The notes: generated by a model from the letters alone, not told the origin. A stretch of DNA of 64,000 nucleotides from a virus (IMGVR_UViG_3300042554_002438), one strand, 5' to 3'. Shown: positions 9,826 through 19,840, counted from the stretch's first letter. Numbers and translations are program-made.

Positions 9826-10081
9826 TTTGTTTTATTTTCTCAAGATATTCAATCATAGTTTCGGCGTCTTTTGGGTTAATGATTATTTCATCAAATGCGC
9901 CGTAATTTGACTGTCTACCGAATATATAATCAATAGCATATAAAATCCTATCACGCAATGATTTACGTTTCAAGTGTGGCTCGATGTATAGCGTATTATC
10001 TTCATCATCATACCAAATGGCAAATTGATGTTCGAGCGATTCACATTCACACACCAAGATTTCTCTATTAATCTTTTCCAT
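9794..10081 (-). CDS. hypothetical protein
   Basis: 95 aa ORF. Confidence 0.4.
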   Translation of the reverse strand: MEKINREILVCECESLEHQFAIWYDDEDNTLYIEPHLKRKSLRDRILYAIDYIFGRQSNYGAFDEIIINPKDAETMIEYLEKIKQNGQDNDKTNS

Positions 10082-10298
10082 CTTCTTTTTTAATATCCTC
10101 TCGAGTTAATTCTTTTTCAGCTTGGTGCATGAAGATAATCTCTTTTGTTTGTTCATCAACTGTGCAAGCGGCAATTGGTTTATCAACTCGGTAATGATAT
10201 TCTTCTCCTAGCATACCAACTTCTCCGTTGACAACTTCAAAGGCATCAAACTCCTCTGGTAGGGTGTTGAGCCACGTTTTTAATTCTCCTAAATTCAT
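10068..10298 (-). CDS. hypothetical protein
   Basis: 76 aa ORF. Confidence 0.4.
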   Translation of the reverse strand: MNLGELKTWLNTLPEEFDAFEVVNGEVGMLGEEYHYRVDKPIAACTVDEQTKEIIFMHQAEKELTREDIKKEDGKD

Positions 10299-11320
10299 AT
10301 ATCGTAAGGTGTTGTACTGAATGTTATCTTCTCGATACTCAAACAGTTTGTGTTTATTATTTTTTCGATAAACATAATAAAATCAGAAACAATATCAAAT
10401 GATTTTATTTGTTTGTTCAGGTATAGGTTGTAAACCCCAATTTCTTGAAGAACATCTGATTTATTGATTATTAAATCAGTCACACCGTTGATGTTAATTG
10501 CTTTGATCATATCGTCCAAGTCCAACCAATCAACTTGCCTCGGTCTACCAGTTGTTGCACCAAACTCATTACCAACTTCTCTTATCTTCACAAACAATGG
10601 GTCTGCACCTTCAAAGTTTTTGGCACCAACATATGTGCGATAAGCTTTTGCAACGCCGTACACTCTGTCAATTTTTTGTGCTGGTATTCCATTAAGGATG
10701 GCCCCACCAATTGTGCAATGTGATGATGTAACATATGGGTAATCACCCCAATCAATATCCAACTCAAAACCCTGAGCCCCTTCGCAAAGTATACTACAAC
10801 CGTCTTGCCCATTAAATAATCCGTATGTATCAACAACCATGTCGGCTAACATAGGAACATCAACAGCTCTAAGACCTTTTCGATAATACTTATCTCGGTA
10901 AGCTGGGCCATTCCCAGTTTTAGTCGTACCGATTTTACTATCCAAACTATCTTCGTGTAGATGTTGCTCGGTGATGATGTGAACACGTTTATCAATCAAT
11001 AAGTTCTCACGAACTTTAAATCCAGCTAATTCGAGTTCATCAATTTCTTGAATAAGTTTGTCTGGGTTGACCACACAACCAAGTCCAATAATTGATTTGA
11101 TTCCATACAATACACCAACTGGTATGAAATGTGTTACATATTTTTCACCATTGTGATATATCGTGTGACCAGCATTACCACCACCATTGTAGCGCATAAC
11201 ATAATCATACTCATCTGGCTTCTTAGCCAGAGCGTGGGCAACCTTGCCCTTTCCAGTGTCACCCGCTTGCAGGTCAACAATTACATCAGCTTTGCGTATC
11301 ATAGTGCGTGGTTTTCCCAA
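10295..11320 (-). CDS. purA: adenylosuccinate synthetase (short form)
   Basis: LQAGDTGKGKVAH P-loop and GGGNAGHT motif, as in PurA. Confidence 0.8.
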   Translation of the reverse strand: MGKPRTMIRKADVIVDLQAGDTGKGKVAHALAKKPDEYDYVMRYNGGGNAGHTIYHNGEKYVTHFIPVGVLYGIKSIIGLGCVVNPDKLIQEIDELELAGFKVRENLLIDKRVHIITEQHLHEDSLDSKIGTTKTGNGPAYRDKYYRKGLRAVDVPMLADMVVDTYGLFNGQDGCSILCEGAQGFELDIDWGDYPYVTSSHCTIGGAILNGIPAQKIDRVYGVAKAYRTYVGAKNFEGADPLFVKIREVGNEFGATTGRPRQVDWLDLDDMIKAININGVTDLIINKSDVLQEIGVYNLYLNKQIKSFDIVSDFIMFIEKIINTNCLSIEKITFSTTPYDI

Positions 11321-11796
11321 TAACCGTTAGGGTAATCAATATTAACATAAAGCATATAAGTTGTGTAACCTTTGCGCTCATCTTTTTTATAGTGATTCCA
11401 GGTAGCATCTTCATCCATAAATGGTCGCAAACCAATAGCTTTGAATTTCTCAACAAACCACTTACAAAGTTCATGGTGAATGACCATATCTTTTGTCTCG
11501 AGTTCAAAACGAACACAAACCCATGGTGTTGTCATATAACCATCGGATCCCCCACCATAACTCAAAAGTTCTGGATATAAAACGATACCGATTTTTGGTT
11601 TCCATTCGTCATTTTTAGAGTCTGGGTTAATCAAAAAAGGTGTTTTAACTTCCAAGTAATGTTCATCAACCTGTTTAAAATTTGGGTCGTGTAATTGTAA
11701 TCGATCAATAATTTGGTCGATTTCTTTGTCGATTTGTTCTCTTATATTTACTAACATAATTTTATTTAAAATAGGATTGGGTTGTTTCCAACCCAA
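11299..11796 (-). CDS. hypothetical protein
   Basis: 165 aa; overlaps the purA start, so the true start may be internal. Confidence 0.45.
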   Translation of the reverse strand: MGWKQPNPILNKIMLVNIREQIDKEIDQIIDRLQLHDPNFKQVDEHYLEVKTPFLINPDSKNDEWKPKIGIVLYPELLSYGGGSDGYMTTPWVCVRFELETKDMVIHHELCKWFVEKFKAIGLRPFMDEDATWNHYKKDERKGYTTYMLYVNIDYPNGYWENHAL

Positions 11797-11809
11797 TCCA
11801 TTGTTTTAA

Positions 11810-13672
11810 TTATTTTACCTCGGTTACAGTACCCTGTTCAGATTCTTTTTTCTCTTGGATTTGCTTTAACAATTCCATTCCAAGTAAGCCATTGATTGGG
11901 CTACTATCACCACTACCTGTGATAAGAATCTCAGGGATGATTTTGATACCATTTGTACCAATCATTTCGGTAACTTTAAGTTTACCAAAGTTTTCAACAC
12001 CCATAGCTTTAACTTGCTTTTCGTAAGCCTCAGCAGTTGATTTACCAATCGCGGAAATCTTAGATGCTTCAGCATCACCAGTCAATTTAATCTGCGTAGC
12101 ATCAGCTTCAGCGTTCAATTTCTTAGCTTCAGCTTGAGCGGCAGCTTTTAATTTCAAGGCTTGTGCTTCACCCTCAGATTTCTTAACAGCGGCCTCAGCT
12201 TCACGTTGAGAAATCTCAACCGATTGTTGTGCTGACACCATTTGTCCTTGCATATCGGCAAGTGCTTTAGCCGATTCAAGCGTCTTACGTTTATCTTGAG
12301 CTTTGCGTTGAGTGTCAAATGTTACCTCTTCTTCTTGTGCAATCTTACGGTCAGTAAGAGTTTTCATCAGAGAGTCTGGTGGTGTGATGTCACCAATAAG
12401 CGTATCAACCGCATGCACGTTGTATTCTTCAAGAACCGTGCTGATCTTATCTTTAGCAGCATTCTGTCTTTGTTGACGAGTTGATAAGAACGCAATCACA
12501 TCAGAATCTTGTGCCGAGTTACGGAAATAGTTACCGATGGTTGGTTCAAGAACTTGTGACACAAGGTTCTGCATTGAGCCGAAACGAGCAATTACTTTAG
12601 GCGCTTCGGTTGATGGGATGTGGATAATCTGTGAAACATCCAAATTGAATGGGAAACCGTCTTGTGAACGTACTGTGATGGTACTCAAGTTCTTATCAAG
12701 ATTGTGTGATTCATTACGAGCATTTGCCCAGTTAAGAACCAAGTTTGTTGTTGGTACTATCTCAATCTTCTGTGTATAAGGATTGATTGCGTATTTACCT
12801 GGATCCAATGGGGTTGCCCACACACCTTTCTGACCTTTTTTAACGATGTTACCGTGTTTAAAATCACTTCCAGTGGTGTCTTCACCATCTTCACCAACAT
12901 AAGAGATAACAACACCAACATGACCGATAGGAATGGATGTCATTTCTTTCTTCTCAACTTCGATTGCCCATGGGTTCAATGAATAAGAACCAGCTTGAAT
13001 AACTTGGATTTGTAAACCCCTTTGTCCACCATTAGCCAAAAACTTATCAAAGTCTTGGAAATTATTGTGACCGCTAACCACAGAACCAGCGATTGAACCA
13101 ATCTCAAGTGGTGTACCATCAAGTGCTGTAACAACGCCAACCATACCATCTTCAATGTATGTGATGTCAGCGAGGAATATCTCGAATAAATGGGTATTAA
13201 CACGATACACACCGTTGTTTAAATAACCAACTTGTTTACCACGTTGTCCACCTGTTGATAAAAACGCTCTAGCATCTTGGTAATCATCACAATCAACGTG
13301 TCGAGCCAAGATAGCACCCTTTGGTAACTGTGCGCCATCTTTAGCTGATAACAAGCCGATCTTACCTTTAGGTATTGTTGTTAAAGGGGCTTGTTCGATT
13401 TCGAATTGCCATATCCAGTAAGCCCAATATAAACCTGGGGCTAATGTGTCGGCCTGAAAGCCTGGTTCATTGTTTAAGGCGATAATCTTACCATCGGGTA
13501 ATTGTTTATTGGGGCCAAAAAGTACAAATTTTTTGGTCACCAAACCAATTTTGTCTTCAGGTATGATAACCATACCAAAGAACACTCGTAGTACGAACTT
13601 GTAGAATACTACCATGAGGATCGGGATTAAAACCCATGCGTAACCCAATACGCTAGTTAATTGTTCTGTCAT
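11810..13672 (-). CDS. SPFH/band-7 (flotillin-like) membrane protein
   Basis: N-terminal TM helix, SPFH core and a long Ala/Lys/Glu-rich coiled-coil C-terminus, as in flotillins. Confidence 0.7.
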   Translation of the reverse strand: MTEQLTSVLGYAWVLIPILMVVFYKFVLRVFFGMVIIPEDKIGLVTKKFVLFGPNKQLPDGKIIALNNEPGFQADTLAPGLYWAYWIWQFEIEQAPLTTIPKGKIGLLSAKDGAQLPKGAILARHVDCDDYQDARAFLSTGGQRGKQVGYLNNGVYRVNTHLFEIFLADITYIEDGMVGVVTALDGTPLEIGSIAGSVVSGHNNFQDFDKFLANGGQRGLQIQVIQAGSYSLNPWAIEVEKKEMTSIPIGHVGVVISYVGEDGEDTTGSDFKHGNIVKKGQKGVWATPLDPGKYAINPYTQKIEIVPTTNLVLNWANARNESHNLDKNLSTITVRSQDGFPFNLDVSQIIHIPSTEAPKVIARFGSMQNLVSQVLEPTIGNYFRNSAQDSDVIAFLSTRQQRQNAAKDKISTVLEEYNVHAVDTLIGDITPPDSLMKTLTDRKIAQEEEVTFDTQRKAQDKRKTLESAKALADMQGQMVSAQQSVEISQREAEAAVKKSEGEAQALKLKAAAQAEAKKLNAEADATQIKLTGDAEASKISAIGKSTAEAYEKQVKAMGVENFGKLKVTEMIGTNGIKIIPEILITGSGDSSPINGLLGMELLKQIQEKKESEQGTVTEVK

Positions 13673-13690
13673 TTTTTTATTTTTTTAAAT

Positions 13691-13730
13691 GTTGTACAAA
13701 GGTAAGTTAAAATTTTTAAATCACCAAATT
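13691..13730 (-). promoter_or_regulatory. promoter-like motif copy
   Basis: gttgtacaaaggtaagttaaaatttttaaatcaccaaatt just upstream of the flotillin start; near-identical to the copy at 16538. Confidence 0.45.
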
Positions 13731-13741
13731 TTTTTATAAAA

Positions 13742-13996
13742 TTATTTAATGGTTTTGTTGAGTGAATCAATCATATGCATCGCATCATTCCAAGTAACTT
13801 CTTTTGAAAGCTGGATTGTGTAATCAGCGGCATTTTCAACATTTACGTTGATGGCTGGTACTCCGTGTGAGTACCTACCATCAAGTTCGTATGCTACAAC
13901 TTTTTTTGGTGATAGAATAAAATAAATCCCAACCGATAGGACTGATGCTACAACTAGCATCAAAAAGTATAACCAAGATTTTTCCATTGTGCTCAT
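13742..13996 (-). CDS. small membrane protein
   Basis: 84 aa with an N-terminal hydrophobic helix. Confidence 0.4.
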   Translation of the reverse strand: MSTMEKSWLYFLMLVVASVLSVGIYFILSPKKVVAYELDGRYSHGVPAINVNVENAADYTIQLSKEVTWNDAMHMIDSLNKTIK

Positions 13997-13997
13997 C

Positions 13998-15527
13998 TTA
14001 TAATTTATTTAAACGTTCACGAATTTCAGTTAATGTTGTTTGGTTGTGGAACTTACCATCTTCATAAATGGTTTGTAAGATTCCAGTTCCCTCTTGCTCC
14101 CAAGTACATTGAGTTAATACCTCATGGTCTTCAGTTACACAGATCAAACCTTTCAAAGATTTCTTGGTACCATCATCAGTTACTGGATCTTTGTAGATGT
14201 TGTAACCAACCTTTCCTTTTGGAATTAAAGCACTTCCCAAAAGTCCATCGGCTGAAGGTATAGTATCAAACTCCTCAACTTCAAACCAAGCACCTTTGGC
14301 TGCGAAACCTAAAGTGTCACGGGTATTCATTTGGTAAGTAAATGAACCAACACCCAATACAATGTTTGTTGCCGCAAATCCTTTTGCTTCCAATCTCTTG
14401 TAGATTTCAATTTGACGGTCTAATGTGATTGAATCTCCGTAGATTGCTCCGATGTGTGGGTCAAGAACCTTGTAACCTTGTTCATTGATTGTTCCACCAA
14501 AGATGTCCCAAAGTAATTCTATTACCCCGACTTCAGCAGGTGTTTTATACTCACCAGGCGCATCGGATAATTGTTCTTCTCTACCACAAATAATATCAAC
14601 TGGATCACCAGAGTCAGGACGAATTACTAACTTACCGTCACGAGCCATGATAGCTTCTTTGTTTGCTGGTAAGTATTCAGTAATCAACTTCCACAAATCA
14701 AATGTGTCAGATACAATTGATAGGATTCCATTCGGAAAATCTACCAACCAATCGGCAATCATTTGTTGTTCACCAACAGTAAAGATTTTTGTTGTTGATA
14801 CAGAGTGTTCAGATGCGTTAACCGAGTTAATGCACACTTCGTCTTTTGGTTCATTATAGAAATAACGAGCCCCTGGAATACAGATGATTGTATCTGAACC
14901 ACGGAACGATGTTGCATGTCCCATTCCACTAGTCAACATATCCCATGGTGATAAACCACGTGCTGAAAAGTCATGACACATAAAAGGAATTAACCAAGCT
15001 GTTGATGGGTCGGTTTTCATAACCCACTCAACAACATTACGTTTGTATTGCAATGCTATTGTTGCTGATGTGGATGGTTTCCAAGCCAACGAACTGATAA
15101 TTGTTTCCAAATACAATGTCAACCACGCAAACCCATCGACAGTATTGATGAAAGTCATGTGTGGAACATTTGGGTTTGTTTCAATACCTTCAGGTAGTGC
15201 TTTAACACGAATAGGTAAGTAACCTAATCTGTGTAGTGCAACGAAGTGTGATGCATCGTAATCCATTCCAAGATACAATGACATATCTTTTCCAAAGTTA
15301 ACCGCAACTTCCTCGGGTAAACTGAAAAAGTTCTCTTGAAATTCATCATGTAACCATTTAACAACCAATTGTTGTCCGAATGAAACGATTTTTGACACGC
15401 CTTTAGGTGCATACTTAACACTACGTGGAATCCATGTGCCGTACAAACGGGTGGTTCCAGGAGCTAACATTTTCTTGTGACCGATCTTATATCCGTCAGT
15501 GTAAAATAAACTTGTTGGTTTGAACAT
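13998..15527 (-). CDS. nadV: nicotinamide phosphoribosyltransferase (NAMPT/NadV)
   Basis: 509 aa; typical NAMPT start MFKPTSLFYTDGYKIGHKKM and family-wide similarity. Confidence 0.85.
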   Translation of the reverse strand: MFKPTSLFYTDGYKIGHKKMLAPGTTRLYGTWIPRSVKYAPKGVSKIVSFGQQLVVKWLHDEFQENFFSLPEEVAVNFGKDMSLYLGMDYDASHFVALHRLGYLPIRVKALPEGIETNPNVPHMTFINTVDGFAWLTLYLETIISSLAWKPSTSATIALQYKRNVVEWVMKTDPSTAWLIPFMCHDFSARGLSPWDMLTSGMGHATSFRGSDTIICIPGARYFYNEPKDEVCINSVNASEHSVSTTKIFTVGEQQMIADWLVDFPNGILSIVSDTFDLWKLITEYLPANKEAIMARDGKLVIRPDSGDPVDIICGREEQLSDAPGEYKTPAEVGVIELLWDIFGGTINEQGYKVLDPHIGAIYGDSITLDRQIEIYKRLEAKGFAATNIVLGVGSFTYQMNTRDTLGFAAKGAWFEVEEFDTIPSADGLLGSALIPKGKVGYNIYKDPVTDDGTKKSLKGLICVTEDHEVLTQCTWEQEGTGILQTIYEDGKFHNQTTLTEIRERLNKL

Positions 15528-15546
15528 AATAATTATTATTTTGGGG

Positions 15547-16518
15547 TTAAAATACGTTTAATTGTTTAACTAATGAGTGAATTGTTTTGTGCCTTGAAAG
15601 CGTGTCAACGATAGTTCCGTCTTGAACATCCTTCACACTATTTGTTGTGTAGATACCATCAAAATATTCACTTAGGAAATCAAACCCAGCGCTGAAGATG
15701 CCATGAGTAACTATCAAATAGTTTTTACCGTGGTGTTTTGGGTGAACAGTACTTGATATTTTTCTGGCATCATTGACAGCTTTAGCGATTTCAATGAATG
15801 TTCTACCACCATCGCAGATGTCATCAATAATGAAAATATCTTTGTCGGCATCGTTTACTGAAATTGGTACGTTAGTGTAATCAATCTTACCAGTTTCAAT
15901 ATTACGATGTTTTGATGCGATGATAACTTCATGTCTATATTTGAGTTGTTCAGCACAATGAAACACTTTTTTCAAAGCACCAGCATCGGGTGATACTAAA
16001 CGTACACCATCGAAATTCATGGAGTCCCAAATTTCAAATCCTTTTGATAAAAAGTAATCTTTAAATGCGAAATAAAGTAAAACGGTATTGTCCCGTTTCT
16101 CAAAGTTATTGATGCATGCCTCAAGAACATCTGAGTGTGGGTCAAGGACTGTTACCTTTTCGTAACCCTGTGAGTTAATGATTGGTGCGATTACGTTCTT
16201 AACATAATTGATACCACCTTCCGTAAACTTACGGTCGCTTCTAGCACCCATACAATAAGGAATGTAAAGACGAATACGATTAACACCAACCTCTTTTAAC
16301 GCTTGTGTTGCACAGATAATAATTTCCAAATCCTGGAATGTATTTAAACGAGATTTGATTGTTATACCTTGCGAATTATCTTTAAGTGAACAAAAGGTAT
16401 TGTATCCATTTTCAACCAATCTCAATGATTGTTGTCCATCGGGAAAACGACTAATCTCATATTTGAATGATAGCTTATCGTTATCGTTATGGTTAACTAA
16501 ATTTAAAAGTTCCGCCAT
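15547..16518 (-). CDS. prs: ribose-phosphate pyrophosphokinase (PRPP synthetase)
   Basis: 323 aa with PRPP-binding motifs (DDICDGGRT, DAGALKK). Confidence 0.8.
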   Translation of the reverse strand: MAELLNLVNHNDNDKLSFKYEISRFPDGQQSLRLVENGYNTFCSLKDNSQGITIKSRLNTFQDLEIIICATQALKEVGVNRIRLYIPYCMGARSDRKFTEGGINYVKNVIAPIINSQGYEKVTVLDPHSDVLEACINNFEKRDNTVLLYFAFKDYFLSKGFEIWDSMNFDGVRLVSPDAGALKKVFHCAEQLKYRHEVIIASKHRNIETGKIDYTNVPISVNDADKDIFIIDDICDGGRTFIEIAKAVNDARKISSTVHPKHHGKNYLIVTHGIFSAGFDFLSEYFDGIYTTNSVKDVQDGTIVDTLSRHKTIHSLVKQLNVF

Positions 16519-16537
16519 TTTTTTATTTTCTTTAAAT

Positions 16538-16578
16538 GTTGTACAAAGATAAGTTAAAATTTTTAAACCACCAAATTA
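16538..16578 (-). promoter_or_regulatory. promoter-like motif copy
   Basis: tgttgtacaaagataagttaaaatttttaaaccaccaaatt upstream of the prs start. Confidence 0.45.
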
Positions 16579-17085
16579 TTTAATTTTTCCAATGATATCC
16601 AACATTCTTTCGAGTTGTGGATTCTTGTGGGCTGTGGACTCATTTAAATTTGAAGTGCCCTTGGAGATGTTAACTGGTGCTATGTTCGCACCGCTACTGA
16701 GTAAGTCTTGTAATTCACTATCCGATAATTTTTCAGCATCTATTTCTACAAATGTACGTGGGTCATACCTTCTACCACGAAAAGATATTGGTCTATCGTA
16801 AGACTGTTGATATGCTGTACTTGCGAATGGCATCATGGACGTCCCATTATTACCAATAGTTTCAGATCTAACCATGGTTGTTGCCCCAGTTAAAATATCA
16901 CCACTAGTGCCAGTTTTTTTACTTATGAACTCCTGTGACGCAGCGCTAGTTTGCTTTGGGTTATTGTTCTTTATTTTTATCGCAGATACAGTTTCGTGAT
17001 TTATAGTTGCACTCGAACTCTTGGGTTCGCCAGTTTGATTTATCAACTTGATAAATTTTGCAAGTAATCTAAAAAGAATATTCAT
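16576..17085 (-). CDS. hypothetical low-complexity protein
   Basis: 169 aa, Ser/Thr/Asn-rich. Confidence 0.4.
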   Translation of the reverse strand: MNILFRLLAKFIKLINQTGEPKSSSATINHETVSAIKIKNNNPKQTSAASQEFISKKTGTSGDILTGATTMVRSETIGNNGTSMMPFASTAYQQSYDRPISFRGRRYDPRTFVEIDAEKLSDSELQDLLSSGANIAPVNISKGTSNLNESTAHKNPQLERMLDIIGKIK

Positions 17086-17193
17086 TTAATCTCTATCAAA
17101 AAATGTTGTAAATACCGATAAAATAAAAATACAAACGACAATACCAATAACTATTATCGCTGTGACTTGAGCTGCTGGGTGTAAACTTTCCAT
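17086..17193 (-). CDS. possible 35-aa single-TM peptide
   Basis: ATG at 17193; MESLHPAAQVTAIIVIGIVVCIFILSVFTTFFDRD; abuts the upstream gene; below the ORF-track length cutoff. Confidence 0.25.
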   Translation of the reverse strand: MESLHPAAQVTAIIVIGIVVCIFILSVFTTFFDRD

Positions 17194-17205
17194 ATTATTA
17201 ATTTT

Positions 17206-17760
17206 TTAATTATCAAACCAAACTATCATTCTAGAAACATAACCATTTTCCTCAAAGGTTTTCATGGCCGATAGCAAAACCACATACTCAATAGGTGCAC
17301 CAAAATCATACTCAGATGATGAGCAATATTTAGTGTAGCGATTGATTGCGGTTTCAAATTCTTTTGTGGTTAACCAAGTGTGTGAGTGCCAATCAGGATG
17401 TTCGACCCAACAAGGTTTATCATTTCTGTCCTTGATTATTTTAAGACGACCACTCTCAGCCCATCTCATCGCAGTTTCTAATGTAACGCTATTCTCAGAT
17501 GGCGAATCACTTATGTAACAAACAGAATCGTTCCTCGAATAGTAACCAAGTTCCTCAAATGGTGGTAATCCTTTAGGTAATAATCCATTTTTATGATTGG
17601 ATCTAACACCCTGTGAGATAAAGCCAAACATATCATAGTTTCTACCTGGATTAATGGCACCAGCAAAATCACGCCAATATGCTGGTTTACCAGTTTTTTT
17701 AGCTTCTTTTAATTCTTCTTTTGTGGTGTACTCAAGGTACATATGAATATCACATCCCAT
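17206..17760 (-). CDS. hypothetical protein
   Basis: 184 aa ORF. Confidence 0.45.
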   Translation of the reverse strand: MGCDIHMYLEYTTKEELKEAKKTGKPAYWRDFAGAINPGRNYDMFGFISQGVRSNHKNGLLPKGLPPFEELGYYSRNDSVCYISDSPSENSVTLETAMRWAESGRLKIIKDRNDKPCWVEHPDWHSHTWLTTKEFETAINRYTKYCSSSEYDFGAPIEYVVLLSAMKTFEENGYVSRMIVWFDN

Positions 17761-17775
17761 ATTATTTTCTATTAG

Positions 17776-17849
17776 TGGGCCCTGCTGGGTTCGAACCAGC
17801 GACCACCTGATTATGAGTCAGACGCTCTAACCGACTGAGCTAAGGGCCC
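17776..17849 (-). tRNA. tRNA-Met (anticodon CAT)
   Basis: hand-folded cloverleaf: GGGCCCT acceptor, GCTC/GAGC D-stem, CTCATAA anticodon loop, TTCGAAC T-loop; no encoded CCA. Confidence 0.8.
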
Positions 17850-17879
17850 TAATTTTATACAAAGATAGTAATTAATTTT

Positions 17880-18383
17880 TTATTTTCCAAATCCAGTATC
17901 GGTAAAAAATCTGAGCGTCTCGGCCATAAATGTATTTGTATCAAAATTTGGGTCGAATGTTAAATTATCATCCACAATAATATTATCATCCTCATCAACT
18001 TTATATTGGTACATTTCAAAACTGTTTGGGGTAGTTTTTATAGGATCAACTTTAATAATATCACCCTCAAATTGAACCCCACATAGTTCACAAAAATGTA
18101 CAACTTTATAACTATTCGTATCAGGCATTGGGATTAGAATGTCTTTATGTGTTAAACTCATCGCCTTTGAACCATCTTCATTTGTGTGATTGCAACTCAA
18201 TTTTATCTCATAAATTTGTTTTTCATACGAAGTTATGTGATTATTTTTCGATTCGATTAAAATATCAACTTTTTTCTTGAGCTCTCGTTCAATGGAGTTT
18301 AGATCTCGAGTAACCTTTTCTTTATTAATCTCAAGTTCGATTATTTTTTTACGGCCCTCTATAAACGGATTCTTTGATTCCAT
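17880..18383 (-). CDS. hypothetical protein
   Basis: 167 aa with a possible C-x-x-C zinc ribbon. Confidence 0.45.
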   Translation of the reverse strand: MESKNPFIEGRKKIIELEINKEKVTRDLNSIERELKKKVDILIESKNNHITSYEKQIYEIKLSCNHTNEDGSKAMSLTHKDILIPMPDTNSYKVVHFCELCGVQFEGDIIKVDPIKTTPNSFEMYQYKVDEDDNIIVDDNLTFDPNFDTNTFMAETLRFFTDTGFGK

Positions 18384-18388
18384 AAAGA

Positions 18389-18823
18389 TTAACCATTTGT
18401 ATTTTTTAATTCTAATTCATAATATTTTACCATCAGAGATGCGCTGGCATAATTGGTGGCAAGTGGTATGTTATGTACATTACATATCCTCAAAAGCATG
18501 CTCACATCCACCTGATGTGGGTGGGCTTCAAGTGGGTCGATGAAAAAAACAACACCGTCAATTTTACCGTTAACAATCATAGATGCTATCTCCGCATCAC
18601 CACCGTAAGGCCCAGAGTTTAACTTGGTTACATTCGTCAAACCAGCGTGTTCAACGTGTTTACCTGTGGTTCCAGTAGCATATATGTTTACGTTGTTTTT
18701 AAAGAAATCGAGACGTTTCATAATGAATGAGACCATATCCGCTTTCTTACCATCATGTGCGATAATAGCAACATTAAGTTTTTTCCGATTCTCTTTGTCA
18801 GCTAAAAATTTATTCAACAACAT
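18389..18823 (-). CDS. mgsA: methylglyoxal synthase
   Basis: IAIIAHDGKK...YATGTTG...GPYGGDAEIASMIVNGKIDGVVFFIDPLEAHPHQVDV...NIPLATN aligns along its length to E. coli MgsA. Confidence 0.8.
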   Translation of the reverse strand: MLLNKFLADKENRKKLNVAIIAHDGKKADMVSFIMKRLDFFKNNVNIYATGTTGKHVEHAGLTNVTKLNSGPYGGDAEIASMIVNGKIDGVVFFIDPLEAHPHQVDVSMLLRICNVHNIPLATNYASASLMVKYYELELKNTNG

Positions 18824-18825
18824 AA

Positions 18826-19347
18826 TTAAAATTTAATTCTAAGACCCATTTTTTGCATAGCCAATAATGCCTCGGCGTTACCCATAGCATCATCAACGGG
18901 ATTGTGAGTATGTTTTGTTTTTCTATACAAACGTTTCCACTCCTGGTTCTTACTAGCATCCTTAACCAAACCACAATACAAATCACCGATACGTCTGCCA
19001 GAAAACCCGAATGGGTTTCTACCGCAGTACTTATGCATGTACCAGTTAATCCACTGCCAATCAAAGGCTAAGTTATCGCTGATAAAGGTTGGTTTACCTT
19101 CGGAATTTTTAACTAACCATTTTTCGAACTCGCTCATAACCTCATATGGTTCCCCAAACTGTTCATGCTCAGACCTTGAAAACCCACTGACAGCTAACGC
19201 ATCTGGTTTGTATTGATCAGTTAATGGTCTGATCTTACCATAAAACGTTTTTGATGTGTCGGACACTTTAACAACACCGAAACATACAATTGAATGTGTA
19301 CCAACTAATTCACCATCAGCCTCAACATCCACTACAAAATAACTCAT
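18826..19347 (-). CDS. DEDDh 3'-5' exonuclease (DnaQ-like)
   Basis: VVDVEADGE Exo I motif and HNPVDDAMGNAE Exo III motif. Confidence 0.55.
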   Translation of the reverse strand: MSYFVVDVEADGELVGTHSIVCFGVVKVSDTSKTFYGKIRPLTDQYKPDALAVSGFSRSEHEQFGEPYEVMSEFEKWLVKNSEGKPTFISDNLAFDWQWINWYMHKYCGRNPFGFSGRRIGDLYCGLVKDASKNQEWKRLYRKTKHTHNPVDDAMGNAEALLAMQKMGLRIKF

Positions 19348-19778
19348 ATCTTTACTAATTTTTTAATTTCTCTGTCAATATCGCGCTTTTTAATTGTCTC
19401 GCGTTTATCGTAATTCTTTTTACCCCTAGCAATAGCGATTCTACATTTTATCTTACCAGAACCATTCAAGTAAAACCAAAACGGAACGATTGTTAAACCT
19501 TTTGTCAAACTGTTCTGAATCTTTCGGATTTCTGTTCTGTGTAAAAGTAATTTTTTATCACGATTCTCATCATGACCAAAAAATTCGCTATTTGTGGTTA
19601 TTTTAAAATTTTTGATGAACATTTCGTCATCCTTGATATAGCAAAACGCATCAACTATGCTAATTTTACCATCCTTAATTGCTTTAACTTCAGAGCCAAA
19701 AAGAATAATACCAGCCTCATACTCTTGAAGGTATTCATAATCAAATTTTGCTTTTCTATTTGTAACTAAAGTTTTCAC
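19344..19778 (-). CDS. smpB: SsrA-binding protein SmpB
   Basis: NRKAKFDYEYLQEYEAGIILFGSEVKAIKDGKISIVDAF...KLLLHRTEIRK...IARGKKNYDKRETIKKRD collinear with E. coli SmpB. Confidence 0.85.
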   Translation of the reverse strand: MKTLVTNRKAKFDYEYLQEYEAGIILFGSEVKAIKDGKISIVDAFCYIKDDEMFIKNFKITTNSEFFGHDENRDKKLLLHRTEIRKIQNSLTKGLTIVPFWFYLNGSGKIKCRIAIARGKKNYDKRETIKKRDIDREIKKLVKI

Positions 19779-19811
19779 AATACAAATATAGTAAATGATT
19801 TGAATAAAAAC

Positions 19812-19840
19812 AAAAAAACCCCGTAATTTTTTACGGGGTT
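19812..19840 (-). terminator. rho-independent terminator (minus strand)
   Basis: ccccgtaattttttacgggg hairpin with a flanking A-run on plus (T-run on minus), downstream of the ferritin-like gene. Confidence 0.6.
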
